Assembly: GCA_907165135.1 (NCBI GenBank)
Contig: OU015569.1
Span: 4,712,001 to 4,776,000 of the forward strand
Direction: 5' to 3'
Source: Oikopleura dioica
Taxonomy: Eukaryota > Animalia > Chordata
DNA length: 64,000 bases
Part shown: positions 49,881 through 63,300 of the stretch, one piece after another
Numbering within the stretch: position 1 is the first letter of the stretch
How the letters are laid out: every line of letters starts with the position of its first letter
The notes under the pieces: model-generated
What the model saw: the letters and a program-made list of their open reading frames with translations, nothing else
Told to the model about the DNA's origin: nothing
The model's database searches: none
Position numbers and translations under genes: made by a program

Positions 49881-50716
49881 TTAATAAAATCTTTGTTTGA
49901 CCATTCCTGTGTTGCTTTCGTCTCCGCATACATTTCCCGTCACTAAAGCTTCTATGACCTTTCTTCTCTCGTCGAAGTCTTCTAACGAGTCTAAACTTTC
50001 AATTTGAAAAGTTAGCTCCCCGGAGTGCCATAAATGGACTCGATTGAAAAAGATCTTTTTAACACCAACCGATGATGAATAGACACTCATCCGGAGAGTC
50101 AGAAATTATTTTGAGTGCGTTCGCTCTTCTATGCACGTTTCCTGGCAGGTGTTCATTGTGATTGATCGCCTAGCCCCAAGAGTCCCATCCTCGACCCTTC
50201 AAACGAACTTGCCGAATTATGTGCGCTATTAAAGTCTTAAGACTATATTTTTTAATAAAACCGAAATCGGTTATTTATCAATACGAAACTAAATGTATAA
50301 TTTATTTTGACAAATTCTAAAAATAAGATTCTTTCCCAGAATGGATACTAAAATTCCAGTCAAAATTATTCCCTGGGTGGGAGAGTCCAAAAACGAACAC
50401 CTTTCCTGGAGCGTTTCCTTGAAACTCAGCTGGGAGAAGAATCTCGCCTAAGCTGCATTCTTTCTTTTTGGCAAATGTCTTGAGGTGGATGAAGAAGGTG
50501 AAGGTGTCTGGATACTTTTCTTGCTGTATTTTGAGAATTCTTCTGGCAAAGAGCGTTTTCCCATTTCCAGCTTCGGCCAGGAGCACCATCTAAATCGCTT
50601 GATAGAGGAATGTTTGTTGTGACGTAAATCAACTGTATTCGGATTGTTAGCAAATGGCTCGCGAATAAATTTGCATTAACTAGCAACTTGTTGACATTGT
50701 TCAGTTCAGCCACCAT
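49881..50716 (-). pseudogene. NACHT/P-loop NTPase fragment
   Basis: Walker A VLLAEAGNGKTLFARRI..FTFFIHLK and a downstream Walker-B-like LTFQIESLDSLEDFDE, then stop; no further NLR domains seen. Confidence 0.45.
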
Positions 50717-50734
50717 TAAAAATACACATTTAAA

Positions 50735-51244
50735 ATGGCAGAGGTAAAGAGTTGCTAAACTTTGATTAAAAGTGAATTTTCTTAGAACGCGAAAGTCGAG
50801 CTATTGAAGCAAGTGATTCAAGACAAAAACGATCAAATAGCTCGACTTGAAGAAGCCGTCAGAAAATTAAAAAGGCCGCGCTCCTCAATTTTGATCATTT
50901 GATAGAAAAATTGCATTTGTGAGCTTCGAAAAAGAATCACCAGGGATCAATCAATGCAAATAGATCGCCAGCAGAAGACCGTCACCGCCATCCGTATGCT
51001 CGTGGAGCCGGGAAAAGGATCAGTCGCCTTCGCCAAGCACGACTACGAGGCCAGTGAATCGGGCGAAATCAGTTTTAGCAAAGGCCAACGAATAATGGTA
51101 TCAATTCTCTATTGCATGTGTCTCAATAAATATCTATTAAAGCTACTGGAAAAACCAGACGCTGAGGGATGGGCCCGAGGACGAACCGAGGATGGAAGCG
51201 AAGCGATCTTTCCCATCGATTTTCTGGACATAGTTACCTTGTGA
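50735..51244 (+). CDS. Small coiled-coil + SH3 protein
   Basis: MAE|NAKVELLKQVIQDKNDQIARLEEAVRKLK; SH3 AFAKHDYEASESGEISFSKGQRI..EGWARG..AIFPIDFL; GC-AG intron 50875-50943. Confidence 0.8.
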
Positions 51245-51250
51245 TCTGTG

Positions 51251-51710
51251 TTAAATACATTCGCCACAAGTTCTTCTTCGCTTATTGACTTTTGAAAGAT
51301 TGGGTCTTCTTGAACTACGCTTACAAATTGGTTCATTACCGTAACTCGAATACAACAATTTATAAAGATCCATTAATGGACCGTTCCCATAAGATGTGCT
51401 TTTGATCTTTTCGGCAATATCCAAAAAGTTTTCCAGCGAAAATATCTTCATCGGGATATAAAGATCGGATGTATCGAAGGAGTTGTATTTACCGTCTCCG
51501 GAGTCGTCTACAACTTCTTGATCTCGTCTGAAGGCCATGTATTCAGGGTCAGGCGTCTGCATGTTTGAGTCTATGGAATACTAACTCAAACTTGGACATT
51601 TCTCGCAAGCGCGTTTTATCTACCGAGTCTGGAATATTCACTTTGGGGCGGTTCTTCGTCGGCTTCTTGTTTTTCTGAATCGCTTTTTTGCCCTTTCCTT
51701 TAGGCATTTT
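51251..51710 (-). CDS. Small orphan protein with a Lys-rich N-terminus
   Basis: MPKGKGKKAIQKNKKP..; next exon QTPDPEYMAFRRDQEVV..; tail-to-tail with the SH3 gene. Confidence 0.45.
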
Positions 51711-52784
51711 CGATTTGCGCGTTTTTATCTGAACAATAAAACAATCAGCTTCTATCACCACTTGTCCCGTCTTATCTATGACGTTCGTCCCATCTTTGAT
51801 CCCACCTTCGATAGATCTCTTTATATATGTTTTTGCTTCAAGATAAATGTAGACATATGTGGAACTTTCTACTACGATCGTTTGGAGTAACGATAATGTC
51901 GATCCTGCGAGATGGAAACGTAATCTGTTGATATCCAGTTTTAACTGTATTTTCGGAGTACAGAGGATAAATCAGGTCGTTACTGGAACTTGTTCAACTG
52001 TACAAGTTGAAGTTGAGCTTCATTATATGAACAACTAGGTAGTAATTGAAATTCGAATAAATGATAGGCGTTGTACCCGAATCAAGAAGCAAATGTTTTT
52101 TTTTGTTATTTTTTTAAGTAGTAGTATCAAATGTATATTTGTGAGGTTTACGGCGGACAAAATTTTCTATAGACAAATAACTATCACCAGTGATTAGCTT
52201 ATTAGCATTGAAAACGAGTTTATTAGTAATATCGAAGGATTTGTTTTCAGTTCTTCTCTAAATTAAATGATAACAAGGTAACCTTAGGATGGCGTGAGCA
52301 TCTGGCTGTAGGTTTCAAACGTACTGAGACTTGAGTTGTAAAGATGAACGGAAAGAAGTGTCAACTTTTTACAAACACATAAACAGTTACACAGAACCCC
52401 ATCCCACAGTATATAATTTGAAGCCTTGCGCCAGATGTTTTTGAACTTGATTAAAAATGCGTTTAAAAATTTCTTATACTGTTGAACAAACGGATATTTA
52501 CAGAACGAAGTATAAGAAAGGCTTGCGATTGATAATGCAGCATCAGGAGTTTTTCTTTTGTTGGTATTTGTACGGGAGAGAAGAAGCTTTTTTGTCAGCA
52601 AGCATATGAACATTGAAAACGCGCAAAAGGATGGTAAGCACGGCTTCTTATGATTGAAACGACATGGAGTAATTACAATTATTTATATGTTTATAATACG
52701 AGCATAACGATGATCTCAACACGCGATTATCACGTGATGGTGGCTTCCTATGGTCTATTTCGGCTGAATTCTAACAGCAGAGAT

Positions 52785-54918
52785 TTAGCTTTGCAGTAGT
52801 CGAAATTTTTTATTCTTATTTTTGAACTTAAAAGAGGTAACAGTGGTTGCGGGCATGGCATTGCTGGATGATTTCTGAACTCGCGGAAAACTAGCTTTCT
52901 TCGTCTGTGCTTGATTCATAATACTAGCAAATTCATATTTTAGCGAAGAGAATCGGCTGATGATACGTACGGGAACTTTTTTGTCCAAATTTCTTTTATA
53001 CACAAGCCGTTCGTCGAATATCTTTCCCAAATCGCCCTTGACGGCATCTTTCTGGTTTTGTTTCACGCGCGATCGCTTAAAAATGATATATGAACTTCCT
53101 GAGAGCATGATAGTATTCTGTCGAATAGGTTTAATGATATGTTACCTTGAGCTGGCCGTCCCATATTCTATCGACGAGGCCACCAGCTTGGGCGATTTCG
53201 CTCTTGCATCTATTCGCGAAGTCGATTGGCGACTCCATCACCCTCCTGTGCATTACAGGCAAGTAGTAGACATCAGCAACAATTGCCCAACTTGTGAAAA
53301 CGCGCATCAAATAATGCAGCATCCCATACTTCGACGAGTTCCAATACGCGTCTCCGAACCAAGGGTTGTATTTGATCGCCACTGGGTACACACGGTCGCA
53401 CGCTTCGAAACTGCCCTTAATATTATAAGTTGCGTAATTATGCGATAGTCGGCAGTAGAACTGACCTTTTTGAACTGCAAAACACTCGTGTTGTTGACGC
53501 AAGTCCCTTCGGGAAAGATCAACAGCGGGTAGTTGTCATGATCGGCGCAGTGAGCGCGAAGCTTGCTCGTCACTACTTGTCGATCGCGCAGTTCTGTTCT
53601 CTCAAACCAAATGTGCTAAAGACATCATCAGGCTCAATCACTACCGATCTAAATCCTACCTTTGTACACCTGGCTAGTCTTTTCTGCCACCAGCCGAGCG
53701 CACCACCATGAGCTTGGCCGATGAGCGCATACGGTCTGTGATTGGAGAGCGTAACAACATCAAGGATTGTCGTGTGGTTAGCAACACACACTGACCCGTT
53801 CATCGGAAGATTTTCGACGGCGTGATAGTTCACAACAGCTCCAAGAGCGCGCGTGTAAATTCTGAAGGTGACGATGTTCGCCCAGTAAGCCATTTTCAGA
53901 CGCATCGAATGGTGACCGATGATGCTGACTATAATCAGGAGTTAGTATGAGTGAATTGTTTTGTCCGGGAACGCATGCCGCATGCGGAAAGTGATAAATG
54001 AAAGAAATGTGCATTTGATAAGTGAGATTAAAGGATTACTGAATTACTGGGCCAGAATTTAGGCATTGACCGCCAAAACTCTATTGCCTCTGGAGAAAGC
54101 CAGATGAAGTCGACTAGAATAGATTAGAGGTGATTCAAATCAGTCATCTAGACAATGAAACAAGACAATTGCCATTTGAATTGTACCTATAGACATGGTG
54201 ATCATCATCCAAAGGCAGCCGACAATACAAACGACAAGGCGCCAGGGGAAGATGATCATCCAGCGCCAGACAAAGCCGCCGATCCAGACAATGGACATTC
54301 GGAGGCCCAGGTTAAAGAAGCTGAAGTTATTCGTGCGCGCTATGATCAACGTCATTCAAACAAAAAATAGAGATCTTCTACCTAAAAGATTCCAGCCCCT
54401 AATCTGCTGCGAGTGGAAACACTGCGTTACTTCATCTTCTACGATTGCTTCGATTCCCGAGGAAATAAAGAAAACGGCGTCGTCGACGATTTGCTGATGG
54501 TCGGGTCGCTCGAGAACGGATTCTCTTCTAAGCCGACCAAGCTGAGAGATGGAACGATTTCTGTCGATAATTTTTCAGGGTTCGCGAGTTCGTCCATTGC
54601 TTCTTTCGTGATCAGCCTTTTCTTGGTTCTTCCTGGCTTCTCATTTGAATTTTCTTCTTCTTCTTCGATGATTTGCTCGTCTACCATATGCTGCGTCGCC
54701 CAGTTAAAAATCATGTAAAGAGCTTCTATATACTTCCTCCTGAATCCCAACTCCTTCCCCAAAATAGCAGGCACCAACGACAACAGTGAGATAATCAAGC
54801 AGTACCATAAAACTGTATGGCCGCTCACAAATGCCATCAAAATACGCACAGTCGACCATAATGCGACAATACCTTTCAAGGGTTGGTCCCGATCTTTCCC
54901 GAAAAACTTTATACTCAT
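52785..54918 (-). CDS. GPAT3: Glycerol-3-phosphate acyltransferase 3/4 (AGPAT9/6 family)
   Basis: Acyltransferase motifs VCVANHTTILD, IFPEGTCVNNTSVLQFKK and VYPVAIKYNPWFGDAYWN; N-terminal TM segments. Start could be 54918 or 54837; GPAT3 versus GPAT4 not separable. Confidence 0.88.
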
Positions 54919-55674
54919 TGAGGCAGTGCTTTGAAGAATAGAAGGATTTAGCTGCGCAGGCTATTTTGTAGCGAGTATGGCTGTGTTTACAGAGATGCGC
55001 ATTACGTAACTGGTAACATCAGCTGCTGATTACGCTTGCACAAGAACCAGTGATTATCAAAGAAGACTAGAAATGCTGCCCATGCAAATATAAAAAGTTT
55101 ATATTTGGATGCAGTATCCTTTAACTTTAACAGGTAACGTTTAACCCATAAAAGCGATATCAAAAACACAGGCGAAAATTAACCCTTCCTTTTCCAACTA
55201 AGCTTACTTCAGAGGACTCTCTAAAATTAAAAAAGCGCATCTCTGGTTGGCCTTTGAAAACACCGGCAAGTTTTAAAGAATTGCAATCTAGAGACTTTCA
55301 CTGCGGCAATTTGCTTGTCCCATCGAGCAAGAAGGGCACCAGTTACGCAATGCGGACAAATATTAACCCGCTCGTTATTTACAAATCAGGCGGCGTTGGG
55401 TGAGCGGTTCCTGATTTGCTCCAAATCTCCATCCAGAAACACAACGACGCCCACTGCTCCTCAGTCATCGCTGCCATGATTGCCGTTGAGTGGCGGCGCG
55501 GAAAACTAGGAAAACTCAACCTCCGAGTTCAATTCTCTTCCAAATATATCATCTGAATTAATTTTCTTAGAATTATCAATCACAACTTGTAGACAAAGAG
55601 AATCAGGCTTCAAAATATTGCACAAAAACGGAAAGTCAGTAATTTTGACTTGAACTAAAAGACAGAAAAGACGC

Positions 55675-56304
55675 TCATTCTTTCTTCTCCCAAGATGGAT
55701 ACAGTTTTGGATCGTCTTCATCGAGCTCTTCGTGCCACTAAAAATATATTTTCATAAGACTTTCGCTAGTTTTTCTGGTTCTCTTGTCAAAGACTGATTA
55801 TTGAAAGACTGATTTTGACTGCAGTAAAAATCGTCATAATACAATCGTCTTATCCCGTGTCTAGCGACAGTTACGGACGTCTTCGTTGAAAATCATCTCT
55901 TAGATTTTAGGACCTTAAGTGTGATTCCCCGAAAAAAACATTCACCTTGAGTTCTTTTTCTTGAGGGCGCAGCCAGAACCATGGAGGAATCGTCAGGAGC
56001 GATGATAAGGCCGCACCGCCGCCAAGAACGATCATGCCATTCTGAGGGAAACTGGATATCGGAGGAAAAAACGAGAACGATTCTACCTGCATGGATTCGG
56101 TTAGAAAGCCGTAAATCCAGCCAATAACGCCAGAGAGCACGAGAATCACCTGGAACATCTTTTCGGCGCGAGCCTGCCCTTTGTAATCTACGTACCTTAA
56201 TTCATATAAAATAGAGAACAAAGGCCAATTTCAATATCTTACCACCAACGGCCCATATAATTGTTGAGCCAGTCGCCGGCTTCCTGGATCAACGCAAGCA
56301 CCAT
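55675..56304 (-). CDS. SPCS1: Signal peptidase complex subunit 1
   Basis: MVLAL..GRW|YVDYKGQARAEKMFQVILVLSGVIGWIYG..LLTIPPWFW..LK|WHEE..KE*. Confidence 0.9.
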
Positions 56305-56445
56305 TCTATCAAATGGACATTTGAATCAATTGAAACGGATCAAATCGGATCTGTGTATAGACTTGATGAAGAAACTAAGTGGAAGTAATTGCAATTTTCC
56401 ATGATTCAAGTATGAATTAGTTAAAAGAAAATAATTTACAGAGAC

Positions 56446-56987
56446 TCAATTAGGAGTGAAGGTAGCGCTATCGTTGTAACGCACTCGCGAAGCAGCGATG
56501 AGGAATTTCTTCGGATCGCTTGGGTCGTGAACGCCCAAAGGTCCGATCTCGCAATCTGCACAGGTCAGGTACTTGAGTCCTCCCGTGGCAGCTTTGCTAA
56601 AATCGCAACTTTTCAAGCTTTGGTCAATAATTAAATCAAACCTAAAACCGATGTTGTCAAATGTGAACATGTCATCGACGAGCCACCAACTGTCAATCTG
56701 CTCTTCGCCCGCGTCTTTCTGCACTTTCGGTAGTGAGATCATTTCTTTATGTAACTGGGCAGAATCGGCTAATCAAATATATGAGTGATGTTCAGTTGAC
56801 GAATTTTACTTTATTGAATTTCCGCTTGTATATAGCTATAAATGCTACCGTAGATAAATACGCTTATTTAAAGCGATAGGATTCAAATACTTCAAGAGCA
56901 CTCACGAGACAGAATAAGCGAAGGGCATACGGGACATCGGATCTTTGAGCAAAGTTTACTGTCTTTACAGTGATCCTCCAAAGCCAT
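56446..56987 (-). CDS. RABIF: Guanine nucleotide exchange factor MSS4
   Basis: IRCPVCPSLILS, WWLVDDMFTFDNIGFS and LKYLTCADCEIGPLG motifs. Confidence 0.93.
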
Positions 56988-57562
56988 TCTAAACTCTATC
57001 CATTAGGCGAGTTTACGCCGATTCAAGGTCGGACATTGTTAACAGATAGGCGTATCAAACAGACTTGAACCGGAAGTTTGACTTTCGTTACTACTACTGA
57101 ACTTGCTACCTGTATCTGAGATACGGTATCTCCCGTAAGAATCTCAATTCAAGTCTCATGAAACCTCAACGTAAACAATCTTTCTTTCATTTGATTTGCG
57201 ATAGCAAGATAAACTCTATTGCTACAAAGAGTAACTTACAACCATCACCAGGACAAAGGAATGAAATAACACAAGCTATATTCTGCCAAAGATATACCGC
57301 GATTGGCATTTCTGACTGACTGATTCTGATTTTCGAGTGAAATAGCTAATCAACCAATTAAAATTTGACTCTAGTGTCTCTTCTTTGAGAGTTCCGTCAA
57401 ACCAGTGACGCCTACGCAATCTACGTTACAAATCTCCTATGTTTTTAGCATGGAGAATTGTAACGTCAATGTGCATCTTTCAAAAATCAGTCAGTCAGGA
57501 CTGCCAATCGCGGTAGCTTTGAAGGAATAATGGAAAAAAAATTTATTTAGGCATTCAGGAAA

Positions 57563-58518
57563 TTATTTAAATCTGCACTTTGTGTGTGCTGTTGTTGATT
57601 GTTTTACTCTTCTTGTTCCAGAAGTGTAGTGAGCATAGCAGAACACCATGCTCGTGATTCTCAGCCTCTTTATGTCTCCTGAAAACGAGGATGAGAGGTG
57701 AAAAGTGTACGATGTTACCTTTCGCAAAAAGTGTTCGGCAGCTTCGTAAAACACCAGCGTGCTTTCACAAGTCGCTATAATCTGAGTTGTTTCAAATCGC
57801 ATAAACTGGGAGGGAAGTCATTTCAATGAGTAACATTCTAAAGGTAAAAAATTACAGAAGCTGTTAAAAATTGATAGAAATATTCACCCGGATAAGGGTG
57901 AATATCATGGTTTGAGGATGTTTTGGGTTAATAAGAAAGACGAACTGGAATTCAGGTAATATACGGGGCAGTAAATTACCACTCTCTTGACCATTTCCGG
58001 TGAAGGAGTTGTCGAGGAGCGACCTGATCTTTTCAGGTGCTCCCTTGATTCCAGCCTTTCCCTCCTCATTGGGAAAGATGATGGTGAATGCCATCGTTTC
58101 GTCTTCCTCAGGAATCTTCGCTTCGCCTGGGTAGACGAAGGCTCGCAAGTCGCAAAAACAAAAGGGACGTCACAGAACAGGCATTCGAAGGTCTATCTAA
58201 AATATGAAGATTAGGATTTGAAGTCTCGAAATCTCTCAGAAGGAAGTGGAACTTGCAAATTGGTTGCTGTGTCTCGACAAACTAGCAAAATCAAAGTGAC
58301 TGGTTCGAGTTGATACTCATTTCCGACTCGAACTGAAGCATTTCCGAGTCGGAATCCCGACCAATCAGCGGCGACGATAACTGCGCGGGCGGGGCACGCG
58401 ACTTTCGGCAGCAGTGAGCGGAGGAGGGCACTACTGTGCTGGGCGGAGGACTTGCCTGCTTGAAGACTTTCAGAATAGAAGAAAACGCGCAATCGAAATT
58501 TTTAATATCATTAATCAA
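57563..58518 (-). CDS. Unknown protein, multi-exon, within the co-oriented run
   Basis: Exonic ORFs 58211-58518, 57864-58148 and 57563-57802; junctions not fully resolved. Confidence 0.4.
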
Positions 58519-58736
58519 CTGACATTAACGAATTCTTATTTATTTGAACATGTGTACAAGAGGTTTATCCTTGAGAAATGATAGTAGGTTTAGACGCAAA
58601 TAGAACAATAAGGAGACAGTAAGAAGAAGGTTAAAGCATTCGAGTGCGGGTAGGGTGTATAGTTATTTGAAATAACAAAGCTTTGTAACAGTTATGCTGA
58701 CAGAAATTCAATATTATATCAATGTGAAATCATTAG

Positions 58737-59999
58737 CTAGTGACTGTGGCCGAGGGAAAAGATAAGCGGAACTATAGAACCGATGATCATCAGTGATAGT
58801 TTGAATTTATCAAGTGGACCAGCTTCTGGTAACACGTGAACAGTGGCGACGTAGAGAAAGGTACCAGCGGAAAAGAGCATCGCACTACCTGCCCCACCAG
58901 GAATCACTTCTAACGCGTGGTACAGGAATAAGTAAGACAACATTGCTGAAACATTCAATAATTAAAGCGCCACCATTGTGAGTTTCTTACCTGTTATCGG
59001 CGCGGCAAGGGCGAAAACAAGCAAATGGCACCTGATTTTGCTGCGCTCGATTCCCTTTTGCAAAAGAAAAGCAACGAGTCCAAAAGAAGCAGGGGCCTTG
59101 TGTAGCATTATCGCCAGAAAGACGATGAATTGGAGCGAACTGCTGTCGGACGCGCTAGCTGCACCTAAACAAGAAGCGTTAAATCTAGCCCGCGGTTTCT
59201 CGTGGCGTACCTAAAGCAAGACCATCGGCCGCAGCGTGCACAACGAGCCCTAACGTCGCAGTCGAAGCCTTCGATTCGGACACAATTACTTCTTGCTCGC
59301 CCCTAGAAACATTAAACTTAACGAGAAATATTTCTCTATTGGAGTGTACGTTTCAATGAGCTTTTCACTCTCTGCCATGGGCACTGCTTCACTGTGAGAG
59401 TGTCCGTGTCCGCCAGGGATGTTGTCCACAACAAGCATCAGTAAAAAACCGAAAAGCAACGATAAGCCAACGTATTGATGAACCTTGAATGAACAAGAAT
59501 GAGGCTCTAAAAATAAGAAGTTCTTAGCACCTCGTCGTGCTGATGATCTTCGTCTTCGTGCTCGTCATGATCGTGATGATCATCTTCCTGGTCAGCGTCG
59601 ATAAGGGTATCACTTCCATGATGTTCTATGTTCGAAAATATAAGCCTGGGTACTGGAAAGCATATAATTTACCATCGTGATGTTTTTGACTGTAGAGCGC
59701 TGAAACTCCTTCTGGAATAATGACAGAAAGCGCGGTACCGACAAGTAGGCCAGAACCAGCGACGTTCATCTGTTTGATCTTGTTCTCGTTCAAGTTGAAT
59801 GCTTTTTTGGGATATTTAACTTGCACGTAGCAGAATAACTGATCGTGCACCCGTGAAATGAACTTAATTGCTACAGCTAAATTTAAGCAATCGTCCTTAG
59901 AGTAAAGAGTATCCCGTGCTCGAACGGTACAAACCCCGAAATATAGCTTCCAATGAACATGGCCCCACTGAGGAGTAAAACATGCCACACATGTTGCAT
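58737..59999 (-). CDS. SLC39A9: Zinc transporter ZIP9
   Basis: [18 protein letters not shown], His-rich loop, [47 protein letters not shown] and C-terminal GHSH*. Confidence 0.95.
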
Positions 60000-60359
60000 T
60001 TCTGTTCTCTCGAATCTCAATAACGCGCTTGCTGACCTTGATCCCACCGGTTGAGCACCTCGGAGGCCAGAAAATAACCCCAGGGCCAAACTTTAGCGAG
60101 CAGAGTTCTCAATCTTTATTTGATCTAAATAGCGAAAACTTAATTATCGAGATCACTTTGGCATGCCCTAGATTCTCTCAAAGATATGTTACTGTAGGTT
60201 ACAGTCTGTAACATGTCTAAGCCTGCTAGAATGAAAACACAACTCCTGATTTTGCTTTTGAATAAGCTTTCCATTTAAATGTTTATTTTTCCAATTAGTT
60301 ATCAATACAGTATTGAAGTGTCAGGAACCATTAGGCAGTATCTAGCAGTAAGGCACGAA

Positions 60360-63300
60360 TCAATCGTTGGGGAGGATGTAGCTCTTGACGTCCAAGTTGC
60401 TCCAGTTGAGAATGCAATCGAGCAGCCAATCTCGAGAGACACGCGGGATATTATGTTGAGTAGAGAAATCCTTGAGAGCCTCAGTTCGAGAGAGTGGTCT
60501 GGCCTGAAAAGATAGAAACATGTAGTCGAAGATAAAAGAATCAATAAACATACCGCTGGATCTTGATTTTGGCCGCCATGGCAGATAATAATTCCCTTTC
60601 GGCCATCCTTGTCGTTGATAAGCTCGTCCTCGTTCTCAACTACTTTCGCGCCCATGTTCAGCAAAAGCTCGTGCATGTTTGGCTTCGAGAGGCTGATATC
60701 GTAGGGTCGGCAAGTTCTGACGACGAAATCTCCGATCAAACCCTTCTTCTCTTTACCCATTCTTCTTCTAGACTTGTGTCTTCTCGACATTCTTGGCACA
60801 TTCGGAGAGGTGTCCTTAATAAACAAGTCAAATTTGTTAGTCTTTTAAATTTCTTTTACCAGATCAAGGTCGCCGATAATTTCGTAATGATGCTCGTCAA
60901 GAACAAATCCTCTTTCAAGGCTGTCCTTGACCCAGTCGAGTGATACAATCCAGCAACCTTGAGCGATCCCGGCGATATACTTAAATGTTCGGTTGCATCG
61001 TCGAGTTGCATCATCAACGGCGACAACATGAGTGATGGATCTGCACATGCTGTTTCTGAAGGTGATGTTTTGGAAGCGGCTGGAGAAAGCCTTCACCATC
61101 AGTTTCGTTTCCCGCTCCGCTAAACAAAGGTTTGTTCTAATAAAGCATATCTTATTGCCAAACCTTTGGAAAGAGTAAGGACAATTTCCCCTTCGGACTG
61201 ACGGGGCATCTGTCTCGTAGGTAAATGCTGAGATTGACTCTGAGACGGAATGATAAACGGACCGCTTGTTCCTCCGCCAATGGGACTCGGCGGCACCACG
61301 CCTGGCTCCATTTTGATGACTCCGTCAAGTGGGTCGTTCGGCTGAGGAGCATAGCTACCCTGCATCGCAGTCGACTGTAGATGCCCATCAGGATGAGCCG
61401 GACGAATAGAAGAGATTGGTACGTCTATAATGAACTGATAAAGGGGAGTATTAAAGAGTGTTGTTACCTGGCATGCCAATATTTCTGGACGAGCGCTTTG
61501 GAGTTGACATCGCCTGAATCGAGCTCTGTTCTTCATTTTGTGCTTCAGTGCTCTGAGATTCAATAACCGTCGCTGGCTCTTCAGTAAGGGTAGCCTCGTC
61601 GTCCTCATCCCCGAACAAGGCCATTGATGTATTGGAGGGCTGACTCGCGATATCCATTGTCTCCGGAGAGGCTTTCGTTTTACCAGTTCCTAAGAGAATT
61701 GAATTACACTTATTTTTTTTATTTTAACCTTGACTGGATTTGTTCAAGAGCTGCTCGGTCGGATTTTCATTGAAGAGATCTTCGATTTCGCTGTCGCTGG
61801 AAACTGGAGCAGTTTCAGGAGCTGCGACCGTCACGGGAGCTTTCGATTTGTTGAGGCCGTTCATATTTGACTTTTTAGAGTTTTTTCGTGGGTTTTCTGA
61901 CAGTGTCTCGTCGTTCTTCTTGCCATCGTCAGTTGACTGCTCGGTGTTGGAAAGAGGTGAGTATGAAGTCGACTCTTCGTAGTTTTCCGTCGGCACATTG
62001 GATCCCTCAATGTTATTGCTGATGTCGGGCAGAGGAAGCTCTTCGAAAGGAGAGCTCTTTCTTTTTTTCGACTCCTTTGAGCGGGCGCCGTTTTCGTAGC
62101 AGCTTTTGGCCGCTGTTTTTTGTGATTCCAGAAAAGTTTCGAAGAGAGATGTCAAGTTCTGGATTTGTTTGCCGACGAGGGTAATTTCACTCGTATTCTC
62201 TTCACACTTTCGCTGGACATTCTCGAGCTTCTCTGCGAGATTTTTTTGAATAACCTCAAGATTGGTCACAGTTGACTGAGCTGCTTTTTCAACGATGCCT
62301 CTAAGGAGATGCACTTCATTCTTGACTTCTTGATTTTGCTCCCCAAAAGCACTCATTTCGTTTTCAATCTCTTTCAGCTGACTCTCGAAAATATTCTCCA
62401 TATTTGCATTGACGCCCTGAACTTGTTCCGTCACTCGAACCATCTGCTGGGCAAACTCTTCTTCCATCTTTCCAGTAAGCGTTTGAAGCTCGGAGGATAT
62501 CTGCACTTTTATTTGCTGGTTTTCGTGGCGGAGTCTAGCCTCAAGCTCACTGAGCTGCTCAGGAAGGGAAACGTCCATAAGCTTGTCTAATCTTCCTGGA
62601 ACCTCTTTCCACCGAAGAATAATTTTGCATGCTTCTTCGCGACCCAAATCTATGTCTAATTTGGCTTCTACGGGTCCTACAGGGACTAGCGGAGAACAAT
62701 TCTTTCTCAAGTCAATCTTCGTACTTTGAGGAACAGACTTGGCGTCAATGACACTTGGCATAGATTTCTCGGAGATTTTGGTGCTCTGAGGCGCTTCTTT
62801 AGCGTTGAATTCACCTCGACCAGACTCATTGCAAATCTTTGTACTTTGCGGCACATTATTCGGGTTGAAGTCGTGAATAATTCTGTCTTTAGGGAGTTCA
62901 GATCGAGTCATTTCGCCAATTTTTGTAGATTGAGGAAGACCATCAAAATTACCGCTGAAATGGGTGGTCTCCGAAAGCTGCTTCTTCTGAGCTGGAGTTT
63001 CCTCAGTTGGTTTATCTGGTACGTTCGAGAGAGATCTGCTCGAAGGTTTTGTGCGCGACTTTCGAGGAATGACTGTCTTATCCTCGTCGCTTGAGCTCTC
63101 GGAGGCTGATGGGACTCGTTTTTGCTTTATGCCGACTTCTCTCTTTCGGGGAAGGACTGGTTTCTTTGGCTCCGGAGACTCATTGAATGACTGTGACTGA
63201 GAAAGCATATCCTGGCTCATCGGTTGCAGCTGTCTTCGCGGCAAAGCGCCACGATTTCCGAGTGGCTGCGCTTTTGGGAAATTGCTTCGTTCTGGCTTAG

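Noticed and set aside
52284-52613. 109-aa minus-strand ORF downstream of GPAT
   Set aside because: AT-rich with no motif; may be 3' UTR, so not enough support to list as a gene.
33991-55035. Shared 11-mer GCTGATTACGC at 33997 and 55025
   Set aside because: Only two copies; one such match in 64 kb is expected by chance.
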